Below, in pieces: positions 11,201 through 22,029 of a stretch of 64,000 bases of DNA (position 1 is its first letter; the number at the start of each line of letters is the position of its first letter). A program made the position numbers and the translations under genes. The DNA is from Histomonas meleagridis 2922-C6/04-290x (Eukaryota; Protista; Parabasalia): assembly GCA_020184695.1 (NCBI GenBank), contig JAANOX010000273.1, positions 1-64,000 on the forward strand. Reading direction: 5' to 3'. The notes under the pieces are model-generated. The model did not search any database. It was not told the DNA's origin and worked only from the letters and a program-made list of their open reading frames with translations.

Positions 11201-11723
11201 TGAATTATATATTTCTTCAGAAGCATTTCTTTCAGGTAATACCATTTCACATTCTATGGTTTTAACTCAATATATATCATACACAATATCATTATCTATT
11301 TATCAATCATATTTAATAAGTTCGTATACATTTTCTCTTATTAATTCCACACATTCATTCATTCAAGTTGACTTTATTCATTATGATTATACACTTGTTA
11401 TGTATACAACATACTTCAGTTTTTATTCAGATTTCTATACAATTATACAACAAAATGAAAAATCGGAATCAAATAACTCATATATTTATATCATTATCGG
11501 CGTATTAATTGGAGTAATTGTTATAGTTTCATTACTTATTGTGTTGTTATTATATCTAAAAAGAAGAAATAAACAAAATGTTGAAGAAGCCATTTCAGAA
11601 GATATAAACGCAAATGGTATCGAACATAACGATTTCTCTGTAGGATTCACTGGCTGCTCGAACATTCAAGAAGACCCATTTGCAGATGACTTCAAAGAAG
11701 ATAATATGATCAATGTTATTTGA
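8220..11723 (+). CDS. BspA-like (TpLRR) surface protein with S/T-rich stalk, TM helix and acidic tail
   Basis: About 25 LxxIxIPxxIxxIgxxAFxxCxxL repeats, SNTFSQ repeats, IIIGVLIGVIVIVSLLIVLLLYL TM segment, DPFADDF tail. Confidence 0.93.
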   Translation: MFYLIITYLEILTKHNIITNVPKVLIYPENYFSKESYNNHINHKFDKISMFYINSIYYHVNVLKEQKNRYNLTILRTNTSNDISFHSYSRFNKINLLSYSKFMPKEFSKIFSHCIIKENKQNKRKESILISNFFYNISCYLALIILCYSFFPLLIISKSNTKGNISKKNLPWLISLFFMHSVTLTWNSGTETLTVSSSDSPSTFQSYSTLAHHVIISDGVTTIYDGEFMDWGVLETVQLSNTVQMIGVGAFQQCINLVSVTSGNGIITISSVAFNYCEKLESFIIPSTCTSVGIGTFQCCSSLGSVTIGEKVEILESYVFNQCISLRSIIIPSSVVSLGHRAFQACYNLETVEIYGNIPEIGNRTFASCSNLTNLILPTSITSIGLSGFWSCQSLTSITIPNIITIGYAAFELCSNLEEVIVGDQIETIDGFAFNYCSNLKSFSTHSSITYLGHTAFQMCSNLETVELYGNFQEIGNWTFYNCSKLENLIIPSTITSIQRNGFYGCQSLKNMTIPNIITIGHGAFQFCANLELVIIGDQLETIDDFAFNHCSNLKNFSTQNYITHLGRVAFQMCSNLETVELYGNFQEIGNWTFYNCSKLENLIIPSTITSIQQNGFYGCQSLKNMTIPNIIYIDARVFSLCYNLETIVIGDQLETINDYAFNYCSKLKNFSTHSSIKHLGHGAFQHCDELETVEIYSNIPSIEEYTFTNCFRLKNIILPNSITSIGQYALASCWDLNTFIIGENVQTIEAYAFQHCINLECIYFYGENEPTIDPSAFLNTPVRTVMVTSSYTSATFGVLNVYLGTIDVCIPPTFTFTQSDTFSNSNTFTQSNTFTQTNTYSQSNTFSQSNTYTRSNTFSQSNTFSQSNTYLPSNTFSQSNTYSQSNTFSQSNTFSQSNTYTRSDTFSNSNTFSQSNTYLPSNTFSQSNTYSQSNTYSQSNTFSQSNTYTQSNTFTQSNTLSNTFTQSYTYTDAFSQSNTFSQSNTYTKSNSFAELYISSEAFLSGNTISHSMVLTQYISYTISLSIYQSYLISSYTFSLINSTHSFIQVDFIHYDYTLVMYTTYFSFYSDFYTIIQQNEKSESNNSYIYIIIGVLIGVIVIVSLLIVLLLYLKRRNKQNVEEAISEDINANGIEHNDFSVGFTGCSNIQEDPFADDFKEDNMINVI
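9243..10610 (+). repeat. Four 342-bp (114-aa, 5-LRR) super-repeats in BspA
   Basis: GCATTTCAA unit starts at 9243, 9585, 9927 and 10269; units 2 and 3 are nearly identical. Confidence 0.8.
10670..11190 (+). repeat. 18-bp coding tandem repeat (SNT[F/Y][S/T]Q)
   Basis: Direct reading; 144-bp higher-order duplication (YLPSNT at about 10821 and 10965). Confidence 0.9.
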
Positions 11724-12554
11724 ACTTAATGTTAAAATATATCGAAAAATCTATATTTAAATTATGTTTCCGAGAGATATTAATAAGAACATGTAAAAAT
11801 TCGGACTGTTAAAATATCACAGGTAATAATTGAATAAACAAAATAACTCTTTTCGATATTCTCGTTTGTTTATATCTGTAATAATACTATCAATTTTTTT
11901 TCTGTTTTAATTACTGTAGAATAACATATTTTATATCTATTTCTACCGATATATTGTTAATTAAAAGATTTTGAAAATTATTTTTATGAACCAAATGAAA
12001 TCAGAGAATATTATCACGATCAAATACATTTATTTTAAATATTATTAATGAGTAATATTTACAATTCAATATGAATTGATATAACGAAATAGATATTGAT
12101 AACAAGTTATTTTATAATGCTCATATCAAAAATCAATAACAAAATCTTGCCTGTTACAGGAATTCCCTAATTAAAAACCATCATGATGTTTTTAAATATA
12201 AGAGCAAATAGTGAAAAATCAAGCAGAAGCAGAAGAGGTATAGAAAGTGCACTGAAGCGTACATTAATGAGAAAGAAGTTTACAGAACTTATGAACGCAA
12301 CAGATAAATATAAATAAATATATGTGACAAATCCGTTGTGATTTTTATAGAAAAATAAAATTTATTGAATATATTTTATGTTTTATAATGCATAAATGAT
12401 GATAACATGCGAAGACGGTAGCAATTCATATGTAATTTAAATCAAACCATATCTCAACTATTCAAAACCAAAAAACCGATATATCATATACTGAATAAAA
12501 TAACCGCCCATTCAAAACAGAATTATAACTAACAAAACTTCTTCTCCATTTACT

Positions 12555-12559
12555 TCACT
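12555..12559 (+). promoter_or_regulatory. Initiator (Inr) element of adh
   Basis: TCACT in a pyrimidine context a few nt upstream of ATG 12565 matches the trichomonad Inr TCA+1PyT/A. Confidence 0.45.
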
Positions 12560-12564
12560 TTATA

Positions 12565-13656
12565 ATGAATAAAGAACTTCCAAAGACAATGAAAGGCTTT
12601 GCCATGCTCAGCATCGGTAAGACAGGTTGGATCACTAAAGAAGTCCCCAAATGCGGACCATTAGATGCGATTATTCGTCCACTTGCATTAGCCCCATGCT
12701 CCTCAGATGTTCACACAGTTTGGGCTGGTGCACTTGGTGACCGTCACGATATGATTCTTGGTCACGAAGCCGTCGGCCAAGTTGTTAAAGTTGGTGAACT
12801 TGTTAAAGATTTCAAACCAGGGGACAAAGTTATTGTCCCAGCAATCACACCAGATTGGGGCAGCAAGGCCGCGCAAGAAGGATTCCCGATGCACTCAGGC
12901 TGCATGCTTGGCGGATGGAAGTTCTCTAACTTCAAAGACGGAGTATTTGCAGAATATTTCCATGTTAACGAAGCGGACAGCAATCTCGCGTTAATCCCAG
13001 AAGGAATCACACCAGTGCAAGCAGTCATGCTTTGCGATATGGTTACAACCGGATTCCATGGCGCAGAACTCGCAGACATCAAATTCGGTGATATCGTATG
13101 TGTTATTGGTATTGGCCCAGTTGGCTTAATGTCAGTTGCAGGCGCTAACATGATGGGCGCATCAAGGATTTTTGCAGTCGGCTCACGGAATCATTGCTGC
13201 GACGTCGCACTTCAATATGGCGCAACTGATATCATTAATTATAAGAACGGTCCAATTGTTGAACAAGTTCTTAAGCTTACTAATGGTAAGGGCGTTGATA
13301 AGGTTATCATTGCTGGTGGTGATTGCGATCAATTCGCTGACGCTGTTAAAATGGTTAAAGCTGGAGGCGTTATTGGATCTGTGAATTACCTTGGCGAAGG
13401 CGATAATGTTAAGATTCCACGTATTGAATGGGGCGTCGGAATGAGCCATAAGCACATCCATGGTGGTTTGACTCCAGGCGGTAGAGTCAGAATGGAGAAG
13501 TTGGCATCATTAATTAAGTTCGGAAAACTCGATCCAACAAAACTTATCACTCACCGCTTCAAAGGACTCGAAAAGGTCGAAGACGCTTTGATGCTTATGA
13601 AGAACAAACCGGCCGAATTAATTAAGCCAGTAGTTGAAATTACTTACGATGAATAG
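12565..13656 (+). CDS. adh: NADP-dependent secondary alcohol dehydrogenase (Zn-MDR family, bacterial type)
   Basis: PCSSDVH, GHEAVG and CDMVTTG zinc ligands; GIGPVG; GSR and INY NADP determinants as in Thermoanaerobacter/Clostridium/Entamoeba ADH1. Confidence 0.95.
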   Translation: MNKELPKTMKGFAMLSIGKTGWITKEVPKCGPLDAIIRPLALAPCSSDVHTVWAGALGDRHDMILGHEAVGQVVKVGELVKDFKPGDKVIVPAITPDWGSKAAQEGFPMHSGCMLGGWKFSNFKDGVFAEYFHVNEADSNLALIPEGITPVQAVMLCDMVTTGFHGAELADIKFGDIVCVIGIGPVGLMSVAGANMMGASRIFAVGSRNHCCDVALQYGATDIINYKNGPIVEQVLKLTNGKGVDKVIIAGGDCDQFADAVKMVKAGGVIGSVNYLGEGDNVKIPRIEWGVGMSHKHIHGGLTPGGRVRMEKLASLIKFGKLDPTKLITHRFKGLEKVEDALMLMKNKPAELIKPVVEITYDE

Positions 13657-13939
13657 AAATAAAGAAGAGTTAAGTACTAATTATATTTTGGAATAATATA
13701 TATGAAATGTTGTGATTATTGTTATATTTTTATGAAGAGTTCCACAGGATATCCAAGATAGATATGATAAAGAAAAAGCATTTTTGATTGACATTAAAAA
13801 TACCAATTTTATAAGTAATTAAAGCTATTCATTAAAAATGTTTTGATAATTTCTTATACGTAATATTCATATCATTATAATAATTATTCATGAATAAATA
13901 TATGGTTCCCATCAACATCATTAGTTATTCTTATTTGGA

Positions 13940-16230
13940 TTATTCTTGATCTTGTTTAATTTCGACAAATTTGTCTTCTTTAAAATCTTTTGCAAATGGA
14001 TCTTCCTCAATATTAGAAAATGTTGTTAAATCACTTGTAATTATTTCATTATCTTTTTGAATATCTGAAAGATTTGATTTGTCTGAAATTTCATGTTTTT
14101 TCTTATTTATTATGTAAATGATGATTATCGATAAAGAACGATTATAATTACAACAACTACAACTACAATAATTATTATGTAAATGTTATTGTTATCGTTT
14201 GTTGTTTCTTCAGATTGTACAATAGGAAAATAGAAATTGGAATAATATGTGTAATAAGCAGAAAATACAGAATAAATATATTCATAGTATATAGTTTCGA
14301 CTTGAACGTGGGAGTAACTCGAATTATATATGGAAAATGAAAAAGAATTCGATATATAAATACTAACTAATGTAGGTGAAATTGAAAGATATAATGAGAG
14401 AATAAAAGAGTATGTTACTGAAACATATAATCCCATCAAAGTATTTGAATGAGAAAATGAATTTGGTAGCGAATATGTATTACTCTGTGAATATGTATTT
14501 GTTTGTGAGTATGTATTAGATTGAGAATATGTATTTGATTTAGAAAATGTATTAGATTGAGAATATGTATTTGATTTAGAAAATGTATCACTTTGTGAAT
14601 ATGTATTTGATTGAGAATATGTATTTGATTGAGAAAATGTATTTGATTGAGAAAATGTATTACTTTGAGAATATGTATTTGATTGAGAAAATGTATTTGA
14701 CTGTGTAAATATTGAAGTTGGCCATGGATTACATTCATCAATTAATTCAGTAGATACGTCTAAACTTCCAAATGTTTGAGAATTGTATGTGGTTAAAACC
14801 ATAGCAGTACTTGTAATTATAAACTCAAAAGAATATTGACCGAAAATTGGTTCCTTGTCTCCATAAAAATAAATACATTCTAGATTACAACTCATAAATG
14901 CATTATCGCCAATTCTTTCCACGTTTGCTCCGATATAAACAGTTTTTAAGTTAATGCATGAATTAAAAGCTGAATTTCCAATCGATATCACTGAATTTGG
15001 AATAGAAATTTCCAACAATGCACATAAAGCAAATGCAAAATCACTGATTGTTTCGACACTTGACCCAATATAAGCACTATTTAAGTTAGCACAATTATTG
15101 AAAACAGAGCTATCAATTGAAATCACTGAGTCAGGAATAATAATACTTTCCAATGAGACACACGAAGAAAATGAGTAACCTCCAATTATTTCAATATTAT
15201 CTCCTAAAAGGACAGTTCTTAATTTAGAGCATGATGAAAATGAAAATGTACCAATTGAAGTAACTAAATTTGGAATTGATATATCTAAAAGGGATGTGCA
15301 AAATTGGAATGCACAATCCCCTATTGATAATAAATTATTCCCAAATACAACTACTTCTAAACTTGAGCAATTGTAAAATGCATAATTATATATTTGTGTA
15401 ACTGAATTCGGAAGTGATATATACGATAACTTTATGCAATCATAAAATGCATCGTTACCAATTCTCCATATGGCACTATTTTCAATGATAGTAACTTCCA
15501 AATTATAGCAATATCTAAATAAATAATCAGCAATTATTTGAAGTTTATTAGGTAATGTGATATTGTTTAAACTATTACAATTTTCGAATGCAGAATATTC
15601 AATTGAATTAACGTTTTTGCCCATAATAACTGTTTTCAAATTAGAACAATCATAAAATGCTTGATAACGAATAATGGTAACAGAATCACCAATGTTCACA
15701 GATGACAATACTGATGCATGTGAAAATGCAAGTGCTGGGATTTCAGTTATGTCACCTTCAATTATAACGTGTTCAGCTTCACTTTTATTTGGATCTTCAA
15801 AATCATTACTACTTGAAATCAAAAGAGTTTTTGTTGTATCATCAAATGACTGAAACGTATAAGAAAAGAAAATAACGAAAAAGAAAGAAAAAATAATGTG
15901 TTTTTGTTTTATTTTTCGATGTGTATATTTATTTATGTGATTTAAAAAAGATTTTATTTTATTTAACACAAAGAGAAAAACAAATAAAACAAATGCACAA
16001 CAAATTTTATAGGTTGTAGAAGGAAATAAAATAACATTCGTATTGATTATCTGATTGATATCTTTATTGATATTTGAAATTTCGTCTAAATTTTTTTCAT
16101 GGATTTTTAAGCTTGTTTTTGTTTCTGATAACATGCAATTGATAAAAGGAGCTTGAGGTGAAAAACTTTGCCCTGTTTTCTGGCTAAAAGGGTTTGACCA
16201 AAAAGTGGATATTCCATTCAAAACATACAA
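13940..16230 (-). CDS. BspA-like surface protein; frameshift in the TM-coding region (ORF stops at 14125, tail continues to 13940)
   Basis: TpLRR repeats and SNTYSQ stalk. The shifted frame reads SIIIIYIINKKKHEISD...EEDPFAKDFKEDKFVEIKQDQE* and ends at TAA 13940-13942. Confidence 0.85.
14460..14710 (-). repeat. 18-bp coding tandem repeat (SNT[F/Y]SQ)
   Basis: Direct reading. Confidence 0.88.
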
Positions 16231-17221
16231 CCGGAGTTCTGAAAAGTGGTCTCCGATAATTTATCGGCTTGTCAAGAAAGGAAATTGCTACAAATCCACT
16301 AAAAGATCGAGAAACGAAGCATTCATGACCAACTTGGTGGAAAAGCACAACAAGCCTGTCAACTCGCCTTTTCCTCAGCATGAGCAACTTCATATATATG
16401 GTATTTCAATTTATCTTCGACTGGTTATGTATGTACGATTAGAGTTACCACGTTCGAAGCCGTCCGGTTCCACTTAGTTTCCCGTTGCATTTCATTTTTT
16501 TTAACTTATTTTTATTTCTTTTTAGCTAATCGTCTAAATTTTTCATGTGGAAAAATGAAACACAATCAATAGTGTATACTCCCAACTTAATTGCATGTTT
16601 CTATAGTATCTTCCGTTTATCATCTTCCTTAAAGTGCATTGAATGTCTTCAAGACATTTCGAAATACTTCACAGCAAAAGCATCCTCAGTGAAGCATTGA
16701 ATGTATTAGCACATTACTTTGTCTTTCTAAAAAAACCATTTTGTCAAACGATGAAAGTTCTGGGGAACCGACGTTGTTTTTTCAAATTTAAGTCAAAACA
16801 AACATATAAAAAATATGAAAATGGTGTTAAAGCAATTTAAAATCATATCTTTAATATTATCTTTTATTTCAAATTGAAATCAAACGGAATTAAAAAATCA
16901 TCAATTTATCTTATCTCGATTTCTTGGTATGATATTTAATTGTAAATATAAAATATAAATTTATAATCGTTGTGACATGTTATTATTGATATTACATATC
17001 TATATAAAAAGATATAACTAATATTTTATTTCACCTTTTCTATCCATACAAAACTATTTTTGTTTGAGTTTCGATCGTTTTTTTAGTATTTGTGGGAAAA
17101 CAATTCAAATAATTCAATATTAAAACCGCATTTAAATGTGATGAGATGGAGAAAGTCCACATTCTAACTTCATTGTAAAAACTGTTATCATTCAAAAAGT
17201 CGGACAATTCAATTTATTACA

Positions 17222-18589
17222 ATGCTTGTTGGGAAATATCGAATGTTTCATATTATTGGCGCAGGTACTTTTTCTACAGTTAAGTACGGACAAAATATTC
17301 TAACAAACGAACCTGTTGCCGTCAAAATCATATCCAAATCATCTTCTTATACCAATTATGATAAACTCATGGAATGCCTGGAGATAATGCGGCGTCTTGA
17401 TCATCCAGGAATAGTTAAACTCATCGACTTTCTCGAAGATGAGTCTTCTTATTTTATGATCCTCGAATATTGTGGGGGTGGTGAATTGTTTGATTTTATC
17501 ACAAGTCGTAGAAGAGTTGAAGAGCCTCTCGCTAAAAGACTATTCAAGCAGATTGTTCTCACAGTTGGATATTGTCATTCTCAAAACGTTGTTCATCGAG
17601 ATTTGAAACCAGAAAATTTACTTCTCACAGAAATGAATACAGTTAAGCTTATTGACTTTGGACTTGCCAGTGGTCATGCTGATCAACCACTTACTGATCG
17701 ATGTGGTTCGTCATGTTATATCTCTCCAGAATCTCTTACAACAAAACCATACTCCGGAATTACAGCCGACATATGGGCTCTTGGTGTTATTCTCTATGCT
17801 CTTGTCGACGGATCATTACCATGGAACTATCAAGATTCAAATATCATGTATCAACAAATCATCAATGGCGATTTTCCAATGCCACAAACCATCTCCATTC
17901 AATGCCAAGATCTTATTCGGGGCATTCTTACACCTGATCCAAGCCAACGATATTCCATAGATGCGATACTCACGCATCCATGGCTATTTGGTATCGGTAA
18001 TGTCTTTCCACTTCCTAAACACAAAGTTGAGAACGGCCCTATTCCTAATCTTAATCTTAGCGTTGGCGGTTTTTCGGCATCTGATTTGCATCAAGTCAGT
18101 CGCCTTAACATTCAGCTCTCACATGCGTCCAATGCCCTTCCGACCATCTCTGAGAGCAACATGGAAACGCATGCGCCTATGTTACCGACGATTCCACAAT
18201 TTGGACAAGTCGGATCAGTTGTCATGCGCAAGCAAGTGCAGCCGCGATCCATATCATTACAGGAAGCTAAGTCATTTGATAATGTAGATGATGGTACAAA
18301 TGTTTATCATGGACCAATCATGTCGCAAGTTGTAAGCACGCAAGATCCCGCATCATTCTCGCGCGATTTCGAAGCGACGTTGAATCTCCTTGCTATAAAT
18401 TATCGGAGGCTGTCTCCGTTGATGTTTCAGTTGATTGGAAAAGGAATTCAACTGACTGCAGAAGTTTGTAGGCTGTATGGATTTAGAAATGTGTATATTA
18501 TAGCCTTCAAAAGATTACAGGGCGATGGTTGGGATTACTATCAATTGGTGTCAAAAATACTGAACGCATTTAAGCAGGGCGGAAAATAA
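17222..18589 (+). CDS. CAMK-group (SNF1/AMPK-like) Ser/Thr kinase with probable KA1-like C-terminus
   Basis: GAGTFSTVK, VAVK, HRDLKPEN, DFG, CGSSCYISPE, DIWALGVILY. Confidence 0.92.
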   Translation: MLVGKYRMFHIIGAGTFSTVKYGQNILTNEPVAVKIISKSSSYTNYDKLMECLEIMRRLDHPGIVKLIDFLEDESSYFMILEYCGGGELFDFITSRRRVEEPLAKRLFKQIVLTVGYCHSQNVVHRDLKPENLLLTEMNTVKLIDFGLASGHADQPLTDRCGSSCYISPESLTTKPYSGITADIWALGVILYALVDGSLPWNYQDSNIMYQQIINGDFPMPQTISIQCQDLIRGILTPDPSQRYSIDAILTHPWLFGIGNVFPLPKHKVENGPIPNLNLSVGGFSASDLHQVSRLNIQLSHASNALPTISESNMETHAPMLPTIPQFGQVGSVVMRKQVQPRSISLQEAKSFDNVDDGTNVYHGPIMSQVVSTQDPASFSRDFEATLNLLAINYRRLSPLMFQLIGKGIQLTAEVCRLYGFRNVYIIAFKRLQGDGWDYYQLVSKILNAFKQGGK

Positions 18590-19265
18590 GTGAATTTGCT
18601 TTGTTTGTGTGAAGTTAAAATACCTGATAGAAAACACTTTTCGGTTTTTTGATGTGGAATTTTGAATAATCTAAAATGTGTCGAATTAACGTTTTCTGAG
18701 TAGAATAAGGTACAAATTTAAGATGCACTGCAGGGCACCTTAATGATTTTTATAAAAGATATTTCTCTGGTAATACATAGACTAAACATTATTAAAATAT
18801 ATCTCTAGCGTGCATTAGAGACAAGGTGAGGTATGCACAAAGCAAAGAATTTCAGACTATTGTCTTCATATGAATTTAAAAAAAAAAGAATACTCATTGA
18901 ATATTAACAATAATTTATATAATTAATCACAGGAAATCACTTTTTTCTATTTGTGAAATCTATGTTATGCCAACTTATCGTAAATAAAATATAACGTCAT
19001 TCTACATTATTTTTATGATTTGATAATTTTTATTTTTCTCATTTATTTATATTTTCAATATATTGAATATAAAATTATTAATAAATAAAATCAAAACGCC
19101 CGTTATTGTTCAATAAGCAAGGAAATAAATCTCTATCTCTGGCAATAAAGTTTCAATGTGAGTTTGTACTTAAGTATTGAATAGTTTATAAAAAAGCATT
19201 TAAGAGTGTATTGAATGAAAATCTAACCGTTATATCGTCAGAATTTAACGTTTTTATTTTATGTT

Positions 19266-20144
19266 ATGTTTAAATTCCTTTTTGGGAAATCAGATAGCAT
19301 TCAATATTTAAAACAGATGCTCTCTAATCTAAAAAGTATCAAAGAACAAATGGAATTACGAGTATTATATTCTAAAGAAATAGGAAATTCGATTTACGAT
19401 TTGATTCAAAGCGAGTCCCCTACATTCTCTGTCTATTTTGAAAAGATCAAAGAACTGTGTTATAGTCTTGCCAATGCATATGAAATAGCAAAAATAGAGC
19501 AAACCCGTGCCATTGAAGATTTAAATGACATTGATATTCGATATCCGATTCTTAAAAGACATGAAGAAGAAAAGGAACAACTATACAATAAATACAAAGA
19601 AGCCGATAAACTATATAAAGATGCCAAACTACAAATGAAATCAAATGAATCTCAAATAACAATCAATAATTTAAGGTCTACACGTAATGAGCGAGCTCGA
19701 ATAGCCTCAGCCATTGTAGAAAAGACAGAAACATACATTAATTATCGGAATCGATTCTCAAGATTTGTTGAATCACGAAGTCGAAGTTGTTGGAAACGAT
19801 TTGGGGAATCACTAGAAAAGTTGTCTAAGAAAGAGAACGAAATTATGAGTCAATTACACACATTATTTTGTTCACTCAAAGATAATGTTGAAACACCCGA
19901 AAACATTTTGTTAATAGTCGAAGAGAAAATTAATAATTTGGAGTTCCAAGTGACCGAAAAAGATGTTAAAGATGAAAAATATTCATCAATCGATTTGTCA
20001 GATGTGGAAATCGATAAACCAGAAAAAGTTGAAAAGGAAAACAAAACAAAAACAAAGAAAACGAAAAAAGAAAATAATTTACCTCCGCCAATTACAAAAG
20101 AGTTTGTTGAAATGTTTGATTCAACTGATTTTGATGATAAATAA
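19266..20144 (+). CDS. Helical coiled-coil protein, possibly BAR-like
   Basis: 292-aa ORF with heptad-rich helices and a charged tail; fold guess is weak. Confidence 0.6.
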   Translation: MFKFLFGKSDSIQYLKQMLSNLKSIKEQMELRVLYSKEIGNSIYDLIQSESPTFSVYFEKIKELCYSLANAYEIAKIEQTRAIEDLNDIDIRYPILKRHEEEKEQLYNKYKEADKLYKDAKLQMKSNESQITINNLRSTRNERARIASAIVEKTETYINYRNRFSRFVESRSRSCWKRFGESLEKLSKKENEIMSQLHTLFCSLKDNVETPENILLIVEEKINNLEFQVTEKDVKDEKYSSIDLSDVEIDKPEKVEKENKTKTKKTKKENNLPPPITKEFVEMFDSTDFDDK

Positions 20145-20674
20145 AATTTTTTGTATTTTTATCTTAAATGTTCTATTCATTAACAATTAGAAAATATAAA
20201 AGATTTAACATATTAAAAAATACCAAAACTTTATGAATAAACATTAATCACATGTTGTTAATTTTCTTGTTTAGGAAGTTAGTTTAATTAAAAATTCATT
20301 ATTTGATAATATTTAATTCGATAACATGAAAAAATTTAATTAAATTTGTTGGTTACGATAAATTGAATTTATTGCTAAAAATGAATATTATGAAAATAAC
20401 AGAACTTTTTCGTGAATAATGTGATTTTAAGTTGTGCTAAAAATAAATATCAAAAATAGACCATGTATAAAGTGGCGACTTTATATAATTTTTTACATCA
20501 AGTTTCAAAAAAAATGAGAGAAAAAACGAAAAATTTGAATAAATTTTTTTTCCTGGAAAATTTCAGATTCTCAAATCAATATAAAATTCATTATAAATTG
20601 TGTATCATGAGTTAATGAAATTTTAAAATTTATCAGATTGTTTTTGTGATTCTGTTATTGTTAAAACTGTCATA

Positions 20675-22029
20675 ATGAATTTTATTAACCCAAACACAAA
20701 TTCCAAGACGAATTCTAAGATAAATGATGAAACAAATATAAAATCAATTTTGGTTGGATTCCTTTGTAAAATTGAAGGAATCATCTTTAACTTAACAGAA
20801 AAAAATCTTGATTCATCATTTGAAGAAATAATGGTATTACATGATACGAATTTTCCATATACATGTGATTTAATCATTAGTAATTTAATTTATTATGCAT
20901 TTTATTGTAAAAAAGGATTGGATGATTTATTTTTAATTTTTTTAGAAAGAATCCAAACGAAAGAATTGGAAATTAATAAAAATAAATCACAAATTATAAA
21001 AATTTTTAGCAACATTTTAATTAAAAACAAAACACAAGAATCATATTATTTAATGGAGAAAATGATTGAAAAAAGGATAACTTTAAACATTAATTCAGAA
21101 TATTTTGCACATTATAAATCAAAAAACAAAAAGAAATATTATTCTATATTTGATGATGTGTTGCGTAAAACTCAAGAAGAACGATCAAAGAATGATTGGG
21201 AACTTCATAAAAAGTTAATTAAAGAAGGAGTTAATCCAAATGAAATTGCAAAAATAATTCGAAATGATGAAATCGAAAAACTTCAAGAAATAACATCACA
21301 AACAAAATTTGATTTTAACCAAACAATTAAGCCATCACTTTATGAAAGATGTTCATTTATAAATAAAAAAAATGTTTCATTAATTGATTACGCAGCATTT
21401 TTTGGATCTGTTAAATGTTTTAAATTTTTACTTATGAATGGTGCAAATGTGAACAATGCTGGTAAATATGCAGTTGCAGGTGGAAATTTAGAAATAATTC
21501 ATTTATGTGAACAAAATCATTCATCATTTAAAAATACTTATAAAACAGCAATTAGATTTCATCGAAATGATATCTTTATGAAAATAAAATTGAAAAAATT
21601 AATGATTTTGAAAAAATAGGAAATATGTGTATTTCGAATTATAACTTTAAAATTTTAACATATTTAAATGAAGTTAATATGAAATCTAATGATGATTTCA
21701 TTATTACATCTGCAAAAGTTGGTAACTTATATCTTGTTAAGTACTTTTCTCAAAGCAATCAAATTCCAAAGAATATTTTAGTTTTTGCTTCTGAATCAGG
21801 TAATTTTGAACTTGTAAAATATATTTTAGAACAAGAAGAAATTGATATAAATGCTGTAGATATTTATATGTTTTACTTTGTATTTATTTTAATAATTTCA
21901 GATTTCAAAATAATATTTGGAAAATATTTAAATTATTTAAAACAGCACTTATTTGGGCTTCTAAAAAAGGTCATACAGAAATCGTTAAATTACTTCTTGA
22001 ACAAGAAGGAATTGATATTAATGTTATAG
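20675..22029 (+). pseudogene. DUF3447-type ankyrin gene head, frameshifted by a 10-nt deletion near 21570
   Basis: Near-identical to the 46083..47444 head, but GATATCTTTAAATATCTTTATG is collapsed to GATATCTTTATG, splitting ORFs 20675..21619 and 21625..22029. Confidence 0.8.

Noticed and set aside
10514-11265. Alternative-frame and antisense ORFs over S/T repeats (also 14436..14741, 26603..27013) and over housekeeping genes
   Set aside because: By-products of stop-poor repeats or codon bias; the main frame explains the sequence.
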